From assembly GCA_964016885.1 (NCBI GenBank), contig OZ024742.1, positions 12,462,001-12,526,000 of the forward strand: 64,000 nucleotides of DNA, given 5' to 3'. Source of the stretch: Eledone cirrhosa. Its lineage: Eukaryota. The translations under genes and the position numbers were made by a program. The notes below the pieces were generated by a model. That model did no database searches. It was not told the DNA's origin and worked only from the letters and a program-made list of their open reading frames with translations. Shown here piece by piece: positions 52,639 to 64,000 of the stretch. The stretch's first letter is position 1; each line of letters begins with the position of its first letter.

Positions 52639-52784
52639 TATTTCTGAAGACGGCGTATATATGTGTTGGTATGTATATTTAATCTTGATAGTTTGTATAA
52701 TTTTGTATAATTTTGTACATAGATCTGTTGAATATGCATGCCAACTCTAACACACATATATATCCTAGAAACGATCGTTAAATA
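52639..52784 (+). ncRNA. Type I hammerhead motif with a very long stem II, in a TA-flanked repeat
   Basis: TATTT-CTGAAGA (52644-50)…~117 nt…GAAA (52768-71)-CGATCG-TT-AAATA; palindromic ACGATCGT stem III. Confidence 0.6.
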
Positions 52785-52834
52785 ATGAACTTTTTTTGTT
52801 TAATATAAGGAATTGTTTATTCATTATTTGTTTA

Positions 52835-52881
<47 letters not shown>

Positions 52882-52885
<4 letters not shown>

Positions 52886-53588
52886 AAATGGAAAAGAAAA
52901 TCCTGACAAATTGTTCACAGTGAAAAATAGTTTAATTAGGAATAAGTGAGAATTAGTAATTATATTGGTTAGTATTCAGTTTTGGTTTTAAGTTTTACCG
53001 GTTGCGCATTTCTAATGCTTATCACGAATTATTCTGCTACACACACACACACACACACTACACACACTTGTCTTAATAGGCATTTGAACTGTCAACAGGC
53101 TGCGGTTCGCACACACATCCCTGCTTACCATTATCACAACAACGAACCTCTTTGCTACTACTACACACACACACATATTTGTTTTGAAAGACTTATTTTT
53201 CAGTGACTTCTCAATCAGTCGACACAAACCTACATTTGGCGCAAAATCAATTTTTAACATTCACATGACCTCTACCGACCAATCAAAATTGTTTTGACCA
53301 CAAGAATTTTTGCAACACGATTTGGCGCGAAACTTATTTTAATACCGCTGGAGCCACTTTCTTCACATAAAAACAGGTAGAATTCCCAAAACTAATCAGA
53401 TCAGAGCAAACATCACGGACGCTCTATCTACAAATTATTTTTGAAAAGCATTAGAAATGCGCAACCGGTAAAACTTAAAACCAAAACTGAATACTAACCA
53501 ATACTATTACTAATTCTCACTTAATTAAACTAATTAAACTATTTTTTACTGTGAACAATTTGTCAGCATTTTCTTTTCCATTTACCAA
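52882..53588 (+). mobile_element. 5'-truncated PLE remnant with inverted pseudo-LTR (arms 52882-53020 and ~53446-53586)
   Basis: Inverted arms; hammerhead at 53438-53473; family copy at 32125-32548. Confidence 0.8.
53438..53473 (+). ncRNA. Minimal hammerhead variant (UUGAAAA / GCAA core)
   Basis: TTT-TTGAAAA-GCATT AGA AATGC-GCAA-CCGG-TA-AAA. Confidence 0.6.
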
Positions 53589-53623
53589 TATATCATAACT
53601 AGTGTGTTACACCTCTATTCTTT

Positions 53624-53695
<72 letters not shown>

Positions 53696-54324
53696 ATATA
53701 AATATATATTAGTATGTATACATACTCTCCGAAAAATGGAAGACGTTTCTTATTCTTTATTATATATACTAGCAGAAAAACCACCCTAGGGTGGTTTTGT
53801 GCTAGCATGTGTAGTGTGTTTGTTGATATTATACGCAAGTATATATACATCTAGATATGATACATCAAATAAAATCGTAATTGACAATATACACAGAAAT
53901 TGAACGAAGACTGCGTTACACAGTCTTATGTAATCAGTAACGTAATCCATGATATATTAAAAATGACGATATCACATATAAACTGCATTAGGACAAAATT
54001 AGTGATATTTATTTAAGTGATCGCCACCTGAAGTGTTGATATCACACACTCTTTCTTTCTATATATATGGTAGTTGAAGTGGCAACGATATACCGGAAAT
54101 GCAATTTTGAAAAGAAGTCAATTTTAAATTATTTATTTTTACGAAATTATTTTTGTTTACGAAATTTAGTAGATAAATTATGTAATATTCATTAATTAAT
54201 TATTCAAAGTGATCCAACTTATTTTACTAACGGGATAAAAAAAACCTTACGCAATCCCAGCAGACCTTCCTTTATCATAGTTTAGATATATGTCTATATT
54301 ATCTCACCTCTCTCACACACACAC

Positions 54325-54357
<33 letters not shown>

Positions 54358-54369
54358 GGAACGAGTAGG

Positions 54370-54465
54370 ACCCCGATGGCTGAGCTCAAGCCGTTTCGAC
54401 GGCTAATTCTGGACTAAATGAAAATTTTTATCCTGGTATTTGAATAGCCGAGCTTCTCAAGGGGT
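54370..54465 (-). ncRNA. Type I hammerhead, U3:A8 core, extended stem II (left arm)
   Basis: ACCCC-UUGAGAA-G..CGGCUA UUC…GAA U UAGCCG.C-GAAA-CGGCU UGAGCUC AGCCA-UC-GGGGU. Confidence 0.7.
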
Positions 54466-56436
54466 AATTCCATATATGGTAAAAGAGATTGTCACAAGGA
54501 TTGGTCAAAAGTTTGTTGTTGAGACATAATAATTCTATCATGGCAATTTGTGGGGGGAAGGGGTAGCTGAACCTGCCAGTAGGAGAAAGAGGGAGAGGGG
54601 ATGGAGGAGACCCAGTCATGCATTGACAGTGCCGACTACAGCTGGGCATGAGGTCAAATAATATACTAGGGAGGGGGAGGGGGAGGAAGTCGAAACAATA
54701 ATAAAACCATATGGGGTAAATATATAGAAAAATACCGAGAGTGTTAAAAAGCAATTAAATGTAAAAAAAAAATAAGCAATTACTGGTTACTACGACATAA
54801 GTCTCTCACTGGTACTGCTAGGCTAAAGAAAGGTTTATTAGGTGGGACGGAATTATAATGAGACCCTTTTAAGAGGTATAAGTAATAAACCGAGTATATC
54901 TTACGGTGACGGGTCAACCAGTGAAGGGCCAAACTACTAAAGAAACTACCACGAAATAATAAATAAAGGTTTCTACCCCAGGCACAAGGCCAGCAACCAC
55001 CCAGTGCAAAAAAATAAACTAATACGAAATAATAATTCAGAATCCCGAAAAAGAATACTAATACTATCACTAAGGGTGCCGCCACGATACAAAAATTCTA
55101 GTGCAAACTACATACATGCTCGTACGAAGTATATGTAAAATTTGATACGGAAAATTAATTCAGAATCCCCCCCCAAAAAAAAATGCTCGGAGAAACTTTA
55201 CAAATGCTGTTTTCGACGGACCAACTCCTACAAGAAAGATGAACTGGTTACTGCATGTAAACACAGATTACGTAGCACTTACCTCGCCCTCAAACCCCAT
55301 AATGACCCGGGGGGGGGGGGGGTAGACTAGGGCTATAACACCCCACTTGCCGATTTTGTAATGGGTAACCCCTGCTTGCAAAGGTAGACGTAAGATCTTC
55401 TTTTATCTTTTTATCGCTTCCTCTATATTTCCTTCTTCCCCCCATCCCTCCCTAGTCCTTCCACCCCAGTCCTCTTTCTTTGTCGTCGTCCTTTTCATTT
55501 TCTCGCCCACCCGAGGCAGCCCCTCAGTCCTTTGTAGCCTCATACCCCCACCCCCTTCCCCCATTCTATGATAGATTTGGCCGACTCCGCTTTTTATAGC
55601 AGATGTGTTAGACCCGGATACTTGCCTTCTTATCCGATCGCTGCCCCCTTTTCCGTGCTTTCTATATTTCTTAGTGGTATCTTTGCTTTAATTTCTCGTA
55701 TATCAGTATTTCCTTGGGGGGGGGGGGGGGGAACTGAATTAATTTTCCGTATCAAATTTTACATATACTTCGTACGAGCATTTATGTACTTTGCACTAGA
55801 ATTTTTGTATCGTGGCGGCACCCTTAGTGATAGTATTAGTATTCTTTTTCGGGATTCTGAATTATTATTTCGTATTAGTTTATTTTTTTGCACTAGGTGG
55901 TTGCTGGCCTTGTGCCTGGGGTAGAAACCTTTATTTATTATTTAGTGGTAGTTTCTTTAGTATTTTGGCCCTTCACTGGTTGACCCGTCACCGTAAGATA
56001 TACTCGGTTTATTACTTATACCTCTTAAAAGGGTCTCATTATAATTCCGTCCCACCTAGTAAACCTTTATTTAGCCTAGCAGTACCAGTGAGAGACTTAG
56101 GTCGTAGTAATCAGAAATTGTTTATTTCTTTTTTTTTTTCATTTAATTGCTTTTTAATACTCTCGTTATTTTTCTATATATTTACCCCATATGGTTTCAC
56201 TTATTGTTTCGACTTCCTCCCCCTCCCCCTCCCTAGTATCTTCTTTGACCTCATGCCCAGCTGTAGTCGGCACTATCAATGCATGACTGGGTCTCCTCCA
56301 TCCCCTCTCCCTCTTTCTCCTACTGGCTGGTTCCGCTACCCCTTCCCCCCACAAATTGCCATGATAGAATTATTATGTCTCAACAACAAACTTTTGACCA
56401 ATCCTTGTGACAATCTCTTTTACCATATGTGGAATT

Positions 56437-56532
56437 ACCCCTTCAGAAGCTCGGCTATTCAAATACCAGGATAAAAATGTTCATTTAGTGCAGAATTAGC
56501 CGTCGAAACGGCTTGAGCTCAGCCGTCGGGGT
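56437..56532 (+). ncRNA. Type I hammerhead (right arm; G5C substitution, intact stem III and GUC)
   Basis: ACCCC 56437-41, TTCAGAA, GAAA 56505-08, CGGCT/AGCCG, GTC ending 56527, GGGGT 56528-32. Confidence 0.7.
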
Positions 56533-56623
56533 CCTACTCGTTCCTATTACCCACTCTACTACCATAAGTATTGAGTACTTTGGTGCGTTATGGTCCACCT
56601 GGTTCCTTACCACATTTCTTCCG

Positions 56624-56660
<37 letters not shown>

Positions 56661-56686
56661 TCTTCAAATTTATTATTATTACTTTC

Positions 56687-56727
<41 letters not shown>

Positions 56728-57448
56728 ATGTACAATACATAAACAGAGAAAGCATTAAGCGATACTCCGACCAACTCCATCTCACTCAACAAACATTAGG
56801 ATATACTTAAGTATTATCCCGTTTTAGTGTTTGGGGTGCTAACTAATCAGTATTTCGTGGATAATTGGTTGTATTATTTTATATGAGACATTATTAAATA
56901 AATATCTATTTCCTTCCAGACGGCCGTTTCGTTATAAGATTTCTACAATTTGGGATAAATAATTTCCAGGTTATGTAGAAACTTGTATATAATCCATAGT
57001 TTTATACACAAGCGGGCTCTTATAAACTCATCAATGGATGCCCAAATAACATCGATATAAGAAATATATCGACATTAATAGATTAGTGATGGTCTCCCTC
57101 AGCGCTAAGAAGAGACTGGTAGATTAGAAAATCCAGCAGTCCTCCCAAAGATAAAATACACGCTGTCCCCAAGAGGGTAAAGGGAGGTCATCTTAAAATA
57201 AAATAATATACACGCTGGTCATTTAAACCTGCTAGGTATTAACCACGTGTATAAGAACTCAATTGGATATTGAAAGAATAACTATATGTATACGCAACCA
57301 ATGCACACACAGAGATATTAAAACATAATAAATACATGTATGGATTACCCATATACACACATAGCCATTCTCTAAGGCGAAATCAGACATGGGATACAAG
57401 AAAGATCAATCAGTATTTCATATTTACATATGTGTGTATGTATATATG

Positions 57449-57527
<79 letters not shown>

Positions 57528-57631
57528 GATGTGGAACTGTGGTTGCGGGGGGGGGGGGCTAGGAGGGGCATGCCCCCAACCACACACACGCACAAATAAT
57601 TATATTTTCTCCCCAAACTACCAAAACACAT

Positions 57632-60600
57632 CTACAGGCTGATATAGAGAGAAGGCCCATTCACTCGGGCCATTCTCGCCACTTTCACTCACCTTTCATA
57701 AAACTTGCTGGGGTAGAGCACCTCTCTCTCCATTCTGATCCTTCTTCTAAAGAGGTACTTGAAAAAAAGGACCAGTTGTTGGCCGGAGAGAAAGGTGTCT
57801 GACCTCAGCCCTTTCAACTTCGTCCACCATAAAACCTCTTTCGCCATAGCTATCACACAGAGGAAAACCGCCTCTCCTTCGTTTCTGAAAGGGGGAGGCG
57901 GTTTGATCGTGACAATGTACGCGGTGGTCAACCGGATTGGTCCCACCCGCGACAGTAGTCGTTTCACATAACCCCACAGGTCAGCAACGCCCGGGCAGTG
58001 TACGAATGCGTGTGCGACGGTTTCCTCGTCACGCACGCATCTCGGACAGATCTTCTTCGAGGGGTTCCTACCCGAGCGCCCGTGTCTGTAAAGCTTGTCC
58101 CGAACGGGTAGAGCTCCTTGGTAGCATTGCCAAGCCAAGGACATTTGGAAGTTGTCCATCGGTCCCGGGCTAAACGTCCTACCGAACAGACTGGCTAGCT
58201 CTTCTTCCTCCATGCCCAGAGCCTCTCCGAGAGCGTCGTCGCACTTACTGCGCACCAACCTTCTATAGAATGTTGAGCTTGAGTCTCCATTGATTGCTGG
58301 ATCCGTTTGCCAGAGGGCCGTGAGCGCCTGGGCACATTCAATGTGCCAGTCGCCCACTTTTCTCGGTCTTTGCTTGACCCAGGATTGCAGCTCGGTGAGT
58401 GAGACGAGTCTCTGAAAGGCTTGCCTCCCAAACAGGGCCCACACCGGCTGACCGGTGAAGAATACCTGGAGGTGCCGTAGACTTAATGCATGTCTACGCA
58501 TCGTCAGCCACCGCATCCCCAGCCCTCCGTTCGAAGGGTGTTGACAGCAGATGGATCCTCTCACCAAACGAGTCCGCTTCTTCCAAAGGAATCGGAAGAG
58601 CGGGCGCCCCATTTTGGCGAGTGTTTTCTCTGGGCAAGGCACGACGGTCAAGCGGTAGTAGATGACGGACGCTATATAAGCGTTCGCCACCTCCGCTCGA
58701 CGTTTCAGGGATAGTTTGCACTCGGCCCACTTCTGGGCAAGTGTAAACACCCTGCCCGTTATCTCGTCCCAGTTTTTTCTCCACCTGGAGGTCCGATCCG
58801 AACCAGACCCCGAGCAGCTTCACCGGTCCCTCCGTCCACCGTCCGACGATACCGTCGGAGGGCATCGGTTTGCCCCTCCACGTTCCGAGTTGCAAACCGA
58901 TGGACTTGTCCCGGTTCAGCTTGGCTCCTGTGAACCTTTCATATTCCTCCAGTAAGGTGCCGATCTGCCCGATTTCCGAGGTGCACGACACCATTACTGT
59001 CACGTCATCGGCGTAGCCCGACACCGCTTTCCGCAATCCCGGTCCCAAGGGGATGCCTTGCAACAGCTCCAGCTTCCGCAGTAGTGGCTAGAGAGCCAGC
59101 ACATACAGAAGGGAAGAGAGAGGGCATCCCTGTCGGATAGATCGCATGATTTGGAACGGCTCCGAGAGGTAGCCGTTCACCTTGACCATCGAGCAGGTGT
59201 TGCTACTGTGCATTGCAGCAATCCAGCCCCTGAAAACGGGTCCGAAGCCTGCCGCCGCGAGCACCGCATCCAGGAACCGACTCGCCTTAGATTGATCCAA
59301 GTTGATCAGGGCCCCACCAAATCCGGGTTCGTTCCCTACCCTCTCTATGATGTATCGCATGAGGTGGAGTTTGTCGTGCATGGACCTGGACGGGATTGCG
59401 CATGTCTGTGCTTCTCCCACCAGGTTCCCGACGACAAGCGCCAACCTCTTCGCTAACACCTTGGCCAAAATCTTTAACTCTGTGTTTAGCAGAGTTATGG
59501 GCCTGAAGTTATCTATGTCATCCCCCTTGTTCTCGTCCTTCCTCACCAGCGTGACCACGCCCTTGGTCACAGAACAGGGAAATCTCCCGTTCTGTTGCCA
59601 GTTGTAGTAGACCGCTTCGAGGAGGCCGGAGAACAAGTCCGGCATCGCTACATAAAGTTCGTATGGTAGACCATTGAGACCGGGAGATTTGCGTTTGCCG
59701 CATTGGCTCAGCGCTTCCCCTATTTCAGCGGCTGAAATCGGCCTTTTGCAGGACTTCGCCTCCCCGTCCGAGAGCCGAGCCAGACCGCCGAGGTATGGAC
59801 TGAAATTCATGGCCTCACTCGGCCCGCCGCCCCTCCCGAACAGCCCTGCAAAGCGCCGTTGAAAGGCCGTGCTCATCCGCTCAGGTTCAAGGATCACGCG
59901 TCAATCCTGGTCCTTCAAAGACCGAATCGTGGACTTGTTTCCACTTTTTGCCTCTGTCACTCGGGCCCATCTAACAGCTTTGACTCCCTCGTTACCCAGA
60001 GCACGTATTTTACTCCTGACAACGCAGCCCTCGTACTTCGCGTCAAAGAACTGGTCTAGGGCCGTTCTTGACGCCAGCACGCCGGCCACGTTGCCACTCC
60101 TAAACGCCTCTTCTACTCTATCTATTAATTCCCTTTCAGTTCTATTCCTATCTGTTGCTAATTCCTGACTAAAACCTATCGATTCTATTCTAATTTCTCT
60201 CTTGAGAGAGTCCCACCACCTGCTGTTGACAATTGCCCCTCTCAACCGCTGCTTAACTAGAGTGCTAATCCGTTTACTGTAAGTTTTGTTTGTCGGTAAG
60301 GACAAGTTTAGCTTCCAGTAACCGGGGCCTTGTCTCTGGGTTCTATCAAGGTTGACCACTCCGGTCACCAGCTTGTGATCCGAATAGTCAACCATGAACA
60401 TTCGTGGACAGCTTAATATGTCCCTATCCTTATTTCTAACTAGGAACCTATCTAGGTACGACCTAGATGTTTCGCTTGCGATTAGTCCACGTCCACAGTG
60501 GCACAGTCGGAAAATCTAGTCGATATCTATCGGCCAGATCAAATTGGCCGATTAATCGTTCGAGGCTGTTACACCCCCCCCACCCCCCATATCGGGACAT

Positions 60601-61062
60601 ACCCCTACATAGTCCCAACGTGCATCCAGGATACCATTCCAGTCCCCCACTAAAAGCAAGGAGCGAGAGGTTGCCAGGAAAGTCTCCAGGCGTCGGAAGA
60701 AGTCCGGTCGCGGTGTCCCAGATGGGGCATACGCTGCCACCAGCCTGAAGGCTCCACCTTCACCACTGCCGACGTCTTGAACCACCAGTCGACCTCCGGG
60801 TCCAGGTGTACCTTCTGTGTGGCAAGACCCAGGTGTTTTCGCAGCAGAACGACAACCCCACCCCACCCCTCAGCTGACAGAGATATGCGTAGATCTCAAA
60901 GTCGTCGAAGATGGGGGCCAGTTGGCGCTCGCTGCTGATCCTGGACTCGCAAATAGCCATTATATCCACTCTGTGCGACCTGAGGTCATTTAAGAGTTTG
61001 CGCTGTTTCCAGGACATCCCCAGGCCGCGTGCATTCACACATCCAACTCTTATATTGGCCAT
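57632..61062 (-). pseudogene. LINE D ORF2 (APE-RT), frameshifted
   Basis: MANIRVGCVNARGL, GDWN, YSDH, KSPGLNGLP, QGCPLS, YADD, CPRC..ETVAH. Confidence 0.9.
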
Positions 61063-61099
61063 GTTGGTGCTGAAGAGTTAAAAGGAAGAGGAAAGGAAA

Positions 61100-62771
61100 T
61101 TACTTACCTCTTCGTCTCCTGGGGACCAGGCTGCACAATTTCCATGGGGGTGTTGGAAGGGTTGTTTGGTGGAGTGGTGGTTTGTGGTGGTGTGAGGACA
61201 TCAGTGTGTGGTGGGGTTGGGGTGTTAGGTGGGGTGTGGGTGTCTGGTGTGGGGGTGGGAAACATCTCAATAGGACGCGGTTAAGGGGTTTGGTGCAGGT
61301 GGGCCCCACAACCATTGGATGGTTCCTTTTCAGAGTTACATAGGTTTCCGTTGGGACCCTAATCATCATTAGGTGCGGTTTGTTCGCTGCGTAGGTGAAA
61401 GTGATCCCTTCGGTTTCCACCGAAGGGTTATTGTCTATTACTTTCATCAAAGTTTTATTGTTCTTGTTAATGTATGTATAGTGTTTTTGTTGTGTTGTGC
61501 TTGTTTTTGTGTGTTGTTCTTGTGCGTATTTGCGTCTTGTAGTATTTGTTATGTTTTCGGGAGGGGAGGGTTTTTTGGTTTGTGATGTTTGTTCTGTTTG
61601 TGCTGGTGGTTGTGTGTTTGTTGCATTTTTGTTAATGTGGTGCCTTTTTTTTTCCTTTTCACCTGTTGGAAGGGTTCTCCCTCGTCGTCACTGTGTGACG
61701 TTGATACGGAGTCCTCCTCCGTGTTGTTGCGGAGGGGTATATTTTGGGGTTTTGTTGTGGTTGTTGTTGTTGTTGATGTTGTGGTGGTGGTAGTGGTGGT
61801 GGTGGTGGTGGTGGTTGTGTTGTTGTGTTGTGTTCGGGGTTGGCAGAAGAGCCTTTTTTTACTCGTTAATTGAGGACAGGCAGTCCTCAGGTGACCCCTG
61901 CTTAAGCAGTGGTAACATGACGGCCGCCTACCCTCCACTGAAATGTTTATATAGGTTAGCCCGTTCAGAGGCACGCGTTGTGGGATATTCGCTATTGGTT
62001 CTGGGCTCATTTGCACCAGAACTTCTACGCTAGTCCCACCAAATACACCTCCGGAGTACTTTCCTACTGAGATTATCCTGTCTTCATCAAAATCAATGAA
62101 TCCACATAGTATCCACCAAATATTTACATTTGGTGTGATACTCATAATTTTTATTTTTCGTGTTCTTTTTCCCCTGTATGTGGGGAAAAAGGTGAAACGG
62201 GGGGACACAATGAGTGATACAGAGTATTTTTGTGCTGTTGGCTGGTTATTCATTAGCACCGAAATGCTACCAAACAGTTTTCCTTTTTGGATGAAGGTTA
62301 TGTCCTTCATTGCATGTTTTAGAACCAGCTCAATTTCATTTTGTGATAATTGAGCTGGTTTTCTGGTTTCGTTAGATATTGTCCTGAAAACCACAGTTTT
62401 CAGGACAGCCTTTCTACCTAATACCTGTGGAGAATTAATTTTAAAAGCACCGTTTTCGCCAAAAGTCGCGTATTGTTTTGCGGCTTGTAGTAATTGTTTT
62501 GCATTAGTTATGTCAATTGGCGTGTATAGTTCGTTTTCTTTTACAGTTTGTGCAAAGTTGTTTTGGTGTTGTTGTCTTTTTTGTTGCTGTTGTTGTTGTT
62601 ACTGTTGTTGATATTGTTCATGTTTTCCTTGGTGCTGTTATTGATGCAGTTGTTGGTTGTGGTGTTATTGTCATTGTTCTTGTTGTTGGTGCTGGTATTA
62701 TTTACCGGGTTTGGTTCCGTGGTTTCAATATTTACAACGTTTTTCGATAAGGCGAGGGAGGAAGGCTGCAA
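61100..62771 (-). pseudogene. LINE D ORF1 (CCHC knuckle), frameshifted
   Basis: VEGRRPSCYHCLSRGHLRTACP. Confidence 0.85.
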
Positions 62772-63039
62772 GCTTTGTACTCATACCTTCCCTCCACCAC
62801 TTTTCTTAGTGGACGTGGCACTCACTACAGTGTGTGAGGTTGAAATGGCATCCATTATTGACTACCAAGTATACACAGTTTTCAGATGAAAATTTCGCCC
62901 CACAAAGGGGCGAAAATTAGTTAACTCAACGTCTGAAGGCCCAGACAAGGGGTTAAACTAAACAATACTAACAAATTGAACAATGAACTCACAGTTTTTT
63001 TAACAATAATCCGTAAAAATCCGGAGCGAAGTAATGCAT

Positions 63040-63725
63040 GTCTATCGAATGGAAGAGAGTACCGTATAGTAGATATAGAGAGGAGGACTGGAAGTATATG
63101 CTACTTGGTTGATGTAGAGAGGGGGAGAGTTTGGTGACAATGAATTGAGGAAGAGGATAGAGAGAGATAGGTCGTGTAGTAGATATAGAGAGGGATAGAG
63201 ATTGGTGTTAATTGATATAGAGAGGTGGTTTGGAAGAGAGTTCATTGTAGTAGATATAGAGAGGGGGAGAGTTTGGTGTATATTGATATAAAGAGGGTTT
63301 TGGGAGAGATTGCCGTGTAGTTGATATAGAGAGGGGGGGGGGTGATACTTGATATATAGAGGGGGATTGGAAGAGAGTACCGTGTAGTAGATATAGAGAG
63401 GGGGATAGTTTGGAGCTAATTGATATAGAGAGGGGTAGAATTTGGTGGTTGTAGTGATACAGAGAGGGATAATGGGAAAGTGCCATGTAGTAGATATAGA
63501 GAGAGTGAGAGTTTAGGTGTGATTGATATAGAGAGTGAGACTGGGAGAAATAAGTCTAGATATTTGTAGAGAGTGAGAGAGTATATTAGTCTTAGATATA
63601 GAGAGTGGATAAGAGAGGTGTTATGTGCTAGCTACAGAGAGGGGTAGAGTTTGGTTTTAGTAAATACAGAGAGGGGGATTAAAAGAGTTGTGTGTGATAG
63701 ACATAGAGAGGAGGAGAGTTTGGTG
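63040..63725. repeat. Degenerate GA-rich tandem repeat (TAGATATAGAGAGGGGGAGAGTTTGGT-like, alternating subunits)
   Basis: GATATAGAGAG recurs about every 30-35 bp. Confidence 0.8.
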
Positions 63726-64000
63726 GCACTTTCGGGTCCCAAATAACAGGAGAGTGTGGCAATAATGGCGAGAAGGAGCTTGGGATATCAGTAATTGTAT
63801 AGTGTAAGTTAGTAAATATGGGATTTCTTGTAATGTTCTTTTGTCATATATAATGTTTTTTAATTTAAAATACAGATATTAGATTCTCCAGCTGCTCTAT
63901 CAAAATGAGTCACTTACAATAACATTTTGCCGGAGATAGATTAGTAAAATTTAATAATGGGGCGGAAGAAAATCTGACAAATTAATAAGCGGGGAGTGGG

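Larger units (their letters stand above)
54357..56625 (+). mobile_element. 5'-truncated PLE with ~820-bp inverted pseudo-LTR arms (54357-55176 and 55714-56545); spacer begins with the end of the endonuclease ORF
   Basis: Arms are reverse complements; spacer encodes CSEKL…TNSYKKDELVTACKHR, similar to the 'C..EK…LN.R.EL…CRH' C-terminus of PLE GIY-YIG domains; TA flanks. Confidence 0.85.
57524..63037 (-). mobile_element. L1/Tx1-clade LINE, copy D (sister family of C), near full length, decayed
   Basis: CCHC ORF1, APE-RT ORF2 in several frameshifted pieces; 3' end runs into (TA)n. Confidence 0.92.

Noticed and set aside
55812-56474. 220-aa hydrophobic ORF and its mirror ORFs at 54428-55085
   Set aside because: Lies within the inverted pseudo-LTR, is broken in the other arm, and has no recognisable domain; probably incidental
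61070-61107. GT…AG mini-intron in the LINE D inter-ORF spacer
   Set aside because: Only ~38 nt and the AG is absent from the equivalent spacers of LINEs A and C

Overview
Eukaryotic, AT-rich, microsatellite-saturated animal DNA. The Meta-domain tRNA-SINEs and the repeat landscape suggest a cephalopod (Octopus-like); this is an inference. Nearly all long ORFs belong to retroelements: (1) one near-complete Penelope-like element (PLE; RT + GIY-YIG, minus strand, 9.6-15.3 kb) with direct and inverted pseudo-LTRs; (2) four L1/Tx1-clade LINEs (two tandem on +, two near full-length on -); (3) RTE, CRE and R4-like fragments. Most short ORFs in the track are translations of (TA)n/(CA)n/(AAC)n repeats. 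The main unexplained signal is RNA structure. About seven unrelated short repeat families sitting in (TA)n tracts carry type I hammerhead ribozyme folds, several with non-canonical cores (U3:A8 swap, GCAA instead of GAAA, U3-G8), usually in foldback arrangement. A ~580-bp non-coding dispersed element begins with an HDV-like ribozyme fold. The PLE has an in-frame U_UUU_UUA -1 slippery site joining its two ORFs, and its 5' end falls 7 nt from the predicted hammerhead cleavage site. Three divergent Tx1 LINEs share a splice-donor motif at the ORF1/ORF2 boundary. A few phase-compatible candidate host exons lie at 27.6-29.8 kb (low confidence). All folds were read by eye and are untested.
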